A stretch of DNA of 64,000 bases. It comes from an uncultured Gammaproteobacteria bacterium. GTDB lineage: Bacteria; Patescibacteriota; Patescibacteriia; UBA1558; GWA2-36-10. The notes below the pieces were generated by a model that made no database searches, was not told the DNA's origin, and saw only the letters and a list, made by a program, of their open reading frames with translations. This document shows, piece by piece, positions 57,310 to 64,000 of this stretch (positions are counted from its first letter, which is position 1; each line of letters starts with the position of its first letter). The position numbers and the translations under genes are program-made. Location: the NCBI GenBank assembly GCA_964638415.1, contig CAZWYP010000003.1, forward strand, positions 1,150-65,149. The letters are read 5' to 3'.

Positions 57310-58170
57310 TTAAATTTTCTTGTTTATTTTTATTGCTTTTAAATAATCTTGAAAAAACTCTTCCATTGATTTGGCAGGAATAAACAAAGATTTAACCTGA
57401 TAAGCCTGTCCGCCTTCATCTTGAGCTATGGATAATAGTTTCCAGATCACATAACCATTAGGCGTCATAACAATTCTACTAAACTCATTTGTCTTTAATT
57501 CTTTAATCGGCTCATAAAAATCTACCAAATCCTCTTGATTTAACCACAAACTTTCTCCGGTATAATTTCCCTCTGGCATATATTTAATAGCAACAGCGTC
57601 AAAATCTTCCCCTTTAACCAAATCATCATAGGCAGCCTGGGCTAAATTAATACCATTAAAATCATTAAAATTTTCTACTAAATAAATATGGGCCTTAGCT
57701 TCTAAAATGGCCGGTATAATAAAATATTTCTTAAACTCTTCCCAAGATAAATCATATTCTTCCTTGGCGAACTTGTTAAAATCCTGATCTTCCCCCAATA
57801 AAGAAATCATATACTCATTAATCTCTTCATCGGTTGCTGTTAAATTATAATCTTCAGCAAAATATTTAAGCCAGTTATCCTTCACTGTCCTCTGCCAAGC
57901 TAATTCTTTTAGATCTAAGTCGGCCTGGCTAAATCCCTGCTTATCTATGTTCTGCTGCAAAAAGTTCTGGTGATGAAGATAGTCTGCTAATTTAACCTCA
58001 TAGCTTCTTTTATGATCCTCAATTTCACCAGCTTTAAGGCTGTAAATCTTAGCAATAAAATAAGATAAATTATAAGGTAATGAACCGGCGCGAGCAAGCT
58101 TAACCGCTGCCAGCTGCAAAGCCGCTAAAAGGATTAAAGTGATAATTATTATCTTCTTGGAATTGCTCAT
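57310..58170 (-). CDS. PrsA/SurA-like foldase (parvulin-like, degenerate)
   Basis: TDEEI, GEDFDAVAIKY, SRIVMTPNGYVI. Confidence 0.7.
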   Translation of the reverse strand: MSNSKKIIIITLILLAALQLAAVKLARAGSLPYNLSYFIAKIYSLKAGEIEDHKRSYEVKLADYLHHQNFLQQNIDKQGFSQADLDLKELAWQRTVKDNWLKYFAEDYNLTATDEEINEYMISLLGEDQDFNKFAKEEYDLSWEEFKKYFIIPAILEAKAHIYLVENFNDFNGINLAQAAYDDLVKGEDFDAVAIKYMPEGNYTGESLWLNQEDLVDFYEPIKELKTNEFSRIVMTPNGYVIWKLLSIAQDEGGQAYQVKSLFIPAKSMEEFFQDYLKAIKINKKI

Positions 58171-58545
58171 TTAATTAAAAAAATAACTAAACCATTTTTG
58201 CCAATTAGGCCTATTATCTTCACTAGCTAAAACTGCGGGCTGGCTATTGGCAGATAAATCCACCCTCTTTTCTCCGGATTTGCTTAAATTTAACTGTAAT
58301 CTAGCTTGTTCTTCCACATAACTGTCTGTCTGCAAGTAATTGATTAAATCCTGTAATTGATCTTTTTTTCTCTGCGCTTGAGCTAGTTCTTCAGTTAAAT
58401 TGGATATTTCACGATTAATCTGCCATCGTCTTGTTAATTCTTTTCCTACTTTAACCACTGAATATAAAAGAACAACTGCTAAAATAATAATAAAAATGTT
58501 GGAATTATAAATTGTCTCCCTAATGGGCTTTCGCGAACGTTGCAT
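58171..58545 (-). CDS. Septum formation initiator FtsB/DivIC family
   Basis: TM helix, coiled coil, YVEEQARLQLNLSKSGE. Confidence 0.85.
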   Translation of the reverse strand: MQRSRKPIRETIYNSNIFIIILAVVLLYSVVKVGKELTRRWQINREISNLTEELAQAQRKKDQLQDLINYLQTDSYVEEQARLQLNLSKSGEKRVDLSANSQPAVLASEDNRPNWQKWFSYFFN

Positions 58546-58666
58546 GGACAGTAAGTTTTATAAACGTAAAATAATTATAACACAAAATGATATTTTTTCC
58601 AAAGAAATAATATTTTACTAAATTAAATAAATATATTATACTTAATAAAGTAAATTATTCTTATTC

Positions 58667-59587
58667 ATGGCTGCGGAAAAAATAAAAAACAAAAAATTTA
58701 CCTGGATTAATATTAATAAGCCAACCAGAACTGACACTGATTGGCTGCGGGAAGAATATGACTTCCACTATCTGGATCTGGAAGACTGTTTGGGAAAGGT
58801 CCAGCGTCCCCAAATTAATGAATACCACCATTATCTGTTTTTCATCCTTACCTGGCCTATTTATAACCGTGACACTAGAGAAATTTCAGCTAGTGAGGTG
58901 GATTTTTTTATTGGCAATGATTATCTAATAACTATCAATGATGGGGGTACTAAAACTGTCAACAACTTTTTCAAAGAAGTTCAAAATAATGAAAAGCTAA
59001 AAGAATCATACCTCAACCAGCACCCGATTTATCTATTGTATGAAATACTTGATCGTTTGCAAAACAGCACCTTGCCGATGCTAGATCATGTTTCTCAAGA
59101 TATAGAAAATATTGAACGCCGTATTTTCAGTGGTGAAGAAAGGAAGATTGTTAAAGAAATATTACATATTAGACGCAATATCGTTAATTTGCGTAAAATC
59201 ATGCAGGCGCATAAAAATATCATCAAAAAATTGATGGCCACCAATAATAAATTCTTTATGCCAGCTAAGATGAATGTTTATTTTTCCAATATTCTGGACC
59301 GCACTAAAGATATCTGGGATATCTTAGAAACCCAAAAAGAGAATATCAACACTTTCCAGGAAACTAACGAGTCTCTAATTTCCAACAAGCTTAATGATAT
59401 TATGCGCATTTTAACGGTGATTTCCGTTATTATGATTCCGGCTAACTTAGTAGCATCAATCTTTGGAATTAATGCCCAACATGTTCCTTTTGTTGGCGAA
59501 CCTTTTGATTTTTATATTATCTTGTCTTTTATTTTCCTAATTATGCTTGGTTTTGTTATATATTTCCGACAAAAAGACTGGCTTTAA
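58667..59587 (+). CDS. corA: CorA family Mg2+ transporter
   Basis: FHYLDLEDC, MRILT, IFGIN (GxN signature), two C-terminal TM helices. Confidence 0.92.
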   Translation: MAAEKIKNKKFTWININKPTRTDTDWLREEYDFHYLDLEDCLGKVQRPQINEYHHYLFFILTWPIYNRDTREISASEVDFFIGNDYLITINDGGTKTVNNFFKEVQNNEKLKESYLNQHPIYLLYEILDRLQNSTLPMLDHVSQDIENIERRIFSGEERKIVKEILHIRRNIVNLRKIMQAHKNIIKKLMATNNKFFMPAKMNVYFSNILDRTKDIWDILETQKENINTFQETNESLISNKLNDIMRILTVISVIMIPANLVASIFGINAQHVPFVGEPFDFYIILSFIFLIMLGFVIYFRQKDWL

Positions 59588-59653
59588 TCTTGCCAAAATT
59601 AAATTTTTATGTTATAGATTAAACTCTGTGTTAACGGAGTTTTTTTAAAAAAT

Positions 59654-60625
59654 ATGGCTAATTTCTGGCAACAATTAAAAAAACCAATAGTCATGACTAC
59701 TCCCATGGCTGGAATTACTGATTCCGCCTGGCGGCAAGTTTGTAAAATGTGGGGAGCTGACGTAGTGCATACGGAGTTTGTCGCTGCCGAAGCTTTATAT
59801 TACGGCAGCGCTAAAACCATGAAAATGATTGAATACCAAGCTAGCGAACAGCCAGTGGTTGTCCAGCTTTTTGGCCGGCGTCCGGAATATTACCCTAAAG
59901 CAGTAAAAATTGTAGAAGCCACCGGTGTAGCGGGTATAGATATTAACTTTGGCTGTCCAGCAAAAAAAGTAGCCGGCCATGGCGGCGGTATTTGTTTGTT
60001 GCGCGATATGGAAACAGTAAAAAAAATCGTAGCTACTACGATTGAATCAACTTCCTTGCCGGTATCGGTCAAAAGCCGGGCCGCTATTAATTGCGTGCAA
60101 GGCCAGCCAGAGCAAGGCAATATTACTGCCCTAGATTTTGTTGAAGCCTTAAAAGACTTACCGGTTGCTGCCTTGGTTATTCACGGCCGCAGCTATGAAC
60201 TGCCATTCACCGGCCCTTGCGATTTGGAAATGCTTAAGGCGGTTAAGGAAAAGTTCACCAGCGGTTTATTTTTTATTAATGGCTGCTTCCAAAATGTAGA
60301 ACAGATTGTTAATGACTTAAAATATACTAAAGCTGACGGTATTGCTCTATCTCGCTCCTTATATGGCCAACCTTGGCTATTTAGGCAGATTAAGGATTTT
60401 ATTGCTACTGGAAAATACCAAGAAATAACCTGGGAAGAAATTAAGGATACCGCCATTAAGCACGCTCACTTTTTGTATGAAAACAAAGGAAGCCGCGGTT
60501 TCCAAGAAATGCGTAAACATTTATTATTCTATGTTAAAGGCCATCCGCAGGCCTCTGAATTAAGAAAACAGCTAGTGTCAGTCACCATTCCGAAAGAAGT
60601 AGAAAAAATATTTGCTGAGTTATAG
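59654..60625 (+). CDS. tRNA-dihydrouridine synthase (DusB-like)
   Basis: PMAGITD, DINFGCP, IHGRS, MRKH. Confidence 0.93.
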   Translation: MANFWQQLKKPIVMTTPMAGITDSAWRQVCKMWGADVVHTEFVAAEALYYGSAKTMKMIEYQASEQPVVVQLFGRRPEYYPKAVKIVEATGVAGIDINFGCPAKKVAGHGGGICLLRDMETVKKIVATTIESTSLPVSVKSRAAINCVQGQPEQGNITALDFVEALKDLPVAALVIHGRSYELPFTGPCDLEMLKAVKEKFTSGLFFINGCFQNVEQIVNDLKYTKADGIALSRSLYGQPWLFRQIKDFIATGKYQEITWEEIKDTAIKHAHFLYENKGSRGFQEMRKHLLFYVKGHPQASELRKQLVSVTIPKEVEKIFAEL

Positions 60626-60626
60626 C

Positions 60627-63600
60627 TTAAAAATTCCTCTTAATAAACCGTCTGGTTTTGCTAATCGCTTCATCTAAAGGTTCCTGTATCTTATCTTTGG
60701 AATCGTAGATAAAATCAACTGTTTTTTCTTTAATGCTTCTATCATCAACCGGCTGGAAAAAATCATCTCTAACAACTCCCCCGTATTTATGCAACAAATC
60801 AAGCATTCTAGTAGTAATATCTACTGCCAGTTTATCTGAATTGGCTATTAACCTACTATCTTCTGTATCTTTCCAACGCTGCATGATCCGATATTTAAAA
60901 AATAAATCATCAGCAATAAATTCTACTTCCTGCTTAGCTTTTTCCAACTCTTTTCCTGATAATCTACTAGTCTCTGCTAAGACTTTCTGCCAATTTTTTA
61001 CTAAAACAGTTTTAATTGGATCTTCTGCATATTTAGATCTCATGCTTAAACCTGTCTTTAACAATTCCACGCTATTATCATCATAGAAGGTGAGTTGGCA
61101 ATCTACACCATTAACATGAGTGCTTATATTACTAACTTCTTTATCTTTCTTTAATTCAACTTCAGGAAGTTCAATTTTTTCCTCTACTAATTCCTCCTTA
61201 ACTTCGCCAAAAGGCTTAACCTCCCCTGTACCCATCTCTTCTTCAGTTAAGGGCTTTTCTTCGTGGGGGTTAGTAATGTTTTCGTTATTAGTTACCTCTT
61301 CTGTTGAAGTTATTTCCGAGTTATATGGTTTAGGAACGCCAAATCCTTGCTGATCTGCCGGTAATTCTCCTAATACTACTTTTGGTGTTTTCTTACTTCT
61401 TTTTCTGCCATTATCTTCAACTACTGCATTTTCCGGAGGATTATATGGCTTAACTTCGCTAATCCCCTCTTCCGATTCCAAATCTTTCTGTAAAAATTCC
61501 GGCACTTCCGTATTTATACTTTCCTGGGACATTTCTTCAATATTTTTTTTATCTACTCCTACTGATGGATAATTTTTAACCTCACCAACTCCTTCTTCTT
61601 CAGCAGTTAGAGGCTTATCTTCGTGTGGACTGGAAACTTCTGGTTGTCTTCTTAAAAATTCCGGCACAACAAAGTCTTCAACTTCCGGAGATTGCTCTGA
61701 TATTTTTGTTTCTGTAGCGGAGGCGGATTCATTAGCTTTAGGCCTTAAAAAAACGGGAATTTCAAATTCTTCTTTTTGATTATCCTCAACTTTTTGTTGT
61801 GGCATGACTGTATTCTTTTCCTCTGGTTTAACTTCTAATTCATTATTCTTCTCCAATTCCGGCACTTCCTTGACTATTTGTTCATCATACTTAGCCCTTA
61901 ACTCTAAAACCTTATCCCTTAAACCAAAATTTCTAGGAATAGCTTTTTCTGCTGTCTTATTAAAGAGAGCTATCCCTATTAAAACTTTTAAATCCTTAAC
62001 TGGATAATCATAATTAACACCCTTAAGGTCTCCTATTTCTTCGAGTATCGCCATTAATTCTTCCCTAGATTTAGCTGATTTTATTTTATCAGCTTTAACT
62101 CTATCCTCTGGAGATAAATTCTCTATTAAATCATCGTTGGGAATTTCATTATCCATCTCAATTTTAAAGATATGACCATAATTATTATTCCAATGTTTAA
62201 TTATCTTATCTATTTCATACTGCAAATCCGTTTTTTGTATATAAGATAATTCATTGGACTCCATTAAATTACGGTGCACAAAAATGGAATGGGCCACATT
62301 ATCACAAACTATCATCATCCTTTTTTTGTCATCCTCACTAAGAGCTGAATTATGCTCTAAAAGCTGTTTCCAATTTTCAGGCAAAACCTTTTCATATACA
62401 TCCCTCACTTCCCCTTCAGTATGATTAATATGTACTGCTCCATCGACATTAAATCTAAGATTATATTTAACACCATTAACTGTTAAATTTTCTTTATTTT
62501 CTTCCTTATCCCCTGCTTCTACCGATGCCACCGGGGCAATTTCTACCGTCTCCTTTTTCTGGGATTTTTTACTAAAAATACCGCCAACTTTCTGCCAAAG
62601 AGGTTTTTTATCTGTTACTTCCACTGATTCTTCAGGAACTAGTTCTACTGCTTGAGCTGGCCCTTTCTCTTTACTGTCTAGGGATTCAATATCTTCTATT
62701 TCTCCTGGTTTACTTATAAAATCACTAATCTCCTGCTTAAATTCCGGATTTAAAACCTGACCATACTCTTTTTCTACTTTGATGATGCTCTTTAATAAAT
62801 CCTGGATGAACAATTCCCGATCTTCTTCATTTTCAAATTCAGCATTAAATAATATGTTTTTCTTATGGAATAAAGAATAAACATCAGCTTCTAATAATAA
62901 TTCCTGATGAACAGAACCGCCAGGTAAATTTAATTTAGTATTGTCAATATAATCTTGCCAATTATCTACTAGTATTTTATTCTGCGGCACTGCTATTTCT
63001 TTTTTGGAAACAACTTTCTTCACCACTAAACCGCCGTCACTGTATTTTTCTAATTCATAACTAATTTTGTCATTTCCCTTACCAATCTCTAACTTAACCT
63101 CCTCCGGCTTTTCCATTACAGAAGATCCTTCTAATTTATGAATCTGATCTTCTGCTGCTAATACTGCTTGTTCTATACCAGCATTAATTTCCTTATGCGA
63201 ATCAGCTTTTCCTAAAGAAGGGTTTTTCAATATATCGGCAGCTAAAGCTAAAACCGACTGTTTTTCTCCCCTATCTTCAGTGGCATAAGCGCGATTTAAA
63301 CGGGAGATTAAATCTTTTAAAATAATTATGCTTGGTAATTTATCTAGGGTTTGTTCTTGCTCCTTATCTACTGATGCTTTATTAGCTAAAGGCTGCTCGG
63401 TTTCTTTCTTGTTAATCTCTGGCTTAATTGACTTCCGCCTGCCAACTTCAGAAATTAAACGGCCAAAATATGCCGATTCTTCCGGAGTTCTTTTGTACTT
63501 TAAAAACAAAGCATCCTTACCACCTATTAGGTTATGGTAAGTCTTAGCAAACTCTTCATCGGACAATTTGCTTAAATCTTCGGCAGATAACAATTCTACC

Positions 63601-64000
63601 TTATCTCTGGCTTCTGGGTGGCGGCGTTCAATCTCATCCCAGACTCGGTTAAAATATAATTCTAGATTTGGGTCTTTATCTGGCTCTAACACAAAAAATA
63701 CATCCCTAATTTTAGCCAAAGCCTCATCTGAAATTGCCTCCAATTGCTTAGCAGATAATATCTTTAGCTTACCTTCTTTATCTAAATACTCCTGATCTAC
63801 TTTAACCTTGGCCTGTTCACGATTTTCTATTCTTTGCTTCTTTTCCTCTTCCTTTCTTTCTTCATCTTGCTTAAGCAGCTGTTCAACTTTTGGCCGCAAA
63901 CCGCCGGTAATAATAACATAATCTATATCTAACTTATGATCTGACACATCTTTAATAATGCTCTTAAGTATAGCCGGATCATAAGAGCCCAAACCGCCTT
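60627..64000 (-). CDS. Very large acidic repeat-containing hypothetical protein; 5' end beyond the window
   Basis: Frame open for more than 1120 codons up to the window edge; Glu/Lys-rich, with internal domain and motif repeats. Confidence 0.85.
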   Translation of the reverse strand, partial: GGLGSYDPAILKSIIKDVSDHKLDIDYVIITGGLRPKVEQLLKQDEERKEEEKKQRIENREQAKVKVDQEYLDKEGKLKILSAKQLEAISDEALAKIRDVFFVLEPDKDPNLELYFNRVWDEIERRHPEARDKVELLSAEDLSKLSDEEFAKTYHNLIGGKDALFLKYKRTPEESAYFGRLISEVGRRKSIKPEINKKETEQPLANKASVDKEQEQTLDKLPSIIILKDLISRLNRAYATEDRGEKQSVLALAADILKNPSLGKADSHKEINAGIEQAVLAAEDQIHKLEGSSVMEKPEEVKLEIGKGNDKISYELEKYSDGGLVVKKVVSKKEIAVPQNKILVDNWQDYIDNTKLNLPGGSVHQELLLEADVYSLFHKKNILFNAEFENEEDRELFIQDLLKSIIKVEKEYGQVLNPEFKQEISDFISKPGEIEDIESLDSKEKGPAQAVELVPEESVEVTDKKPLWQKVGGIFSKKSQKKETVEIAPVASVEAGDKEENKENLTVNGVKYNLRFNVDGAVHINHTEGEVRDVYEKVLPENWKQLLEHNSALSEDDKKRMMIVCDNVAHSIFVHRNLMESNELSYIQKTDLQYEIDKIIKHWNNNYGHIFKIEMDNEIPNDDLIENLSPEDRVKADKIKSAKSREELMAILEEIGDLKGVNYDYPVKDLKVLIGIALFNKTAEKAIPRNFGLRDKVLELRAKYDEQIVKEVPELEKNNELEVKPEEKNTVMPQQKVEDNQKEEFEIPVFLRPKANESASATETKISEQSPEVEDFVVPEFLRRQPEVSSPHEDKPLTAEEEGVGEVKNYPSVGVDKKNIEEMSQESINTEVPEFLQKDLESEEGISEVKPYNPPENAVVEDNGRKRSKKTPKVVLGELPADQQGFGVPKPYNSEITSTEEVTNNENITNPHEEKPLTEEEMGTGEVKPFGEVKEELVEEKIELPEVELKKDKEVSNISTHVNGVDCQLTFYDDNSVELLKTGLSMRSKYAEDPIKTVLVKNWQKVLAETSRLSGKELEKAKQEVEFIADDLFFKYRIMQRWKDTEDSRLIANSDKLAVDITTRMLDLLHKYGGVVRDDFFQPVDDRSIKEKTVDFIYDSKDKIQEPLDEAISKTRRFIKRNF

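Overview
A gene-dense, AT-rich chromosomal segment, almost entirely encoded on the minus strand. Gene content and style point to a Patescibacteria/CPR bacterium (probably Parcubacteria/ABY1-type; inferred, standard genetic code). It is mostly housekeeping. Replication and repair: dnaX, holB, recJ, RNase HI, rarA, lexA. Transcription, translation and RNA: lepA, frr, proS, greA, rpmA, dus, rnpB, tRNA-Gln. Envelope and division: two mreB genes with mreC/mreD/PBP2, murA, murJ, ftsE/ftsX/ftsB/rlpA, a GT4 + sugar-transferase + DUF4012 glycan cluster, and a VirD4/HerA-like ATPase. There is also a GC-richer patch of nucleotide genes (pyrE, pyrF, purC, purB) next to pyrG. I saw no IS element, prophage or CRISPR array. 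The most notable observations are: (1) an unassigned, densely base-paired RNA of about 410 nt with its own promoter and terminator, directly upstream of a conserved putative OB-fold gene and dnaX; (2) two type IV pilin genes sharing a 445-bp identical core but with different leaders and Cys-rich tips; (3) a giant acidic protein with three FtsZ C-terminal-tail-like motifs; (4) two 5' architectures, leaderless core genes versus SD-led singleton genes sharing a boxA-like leader motif; (5) two unannotated small ORFs and a direct-repeat operator in the lexA promoter.
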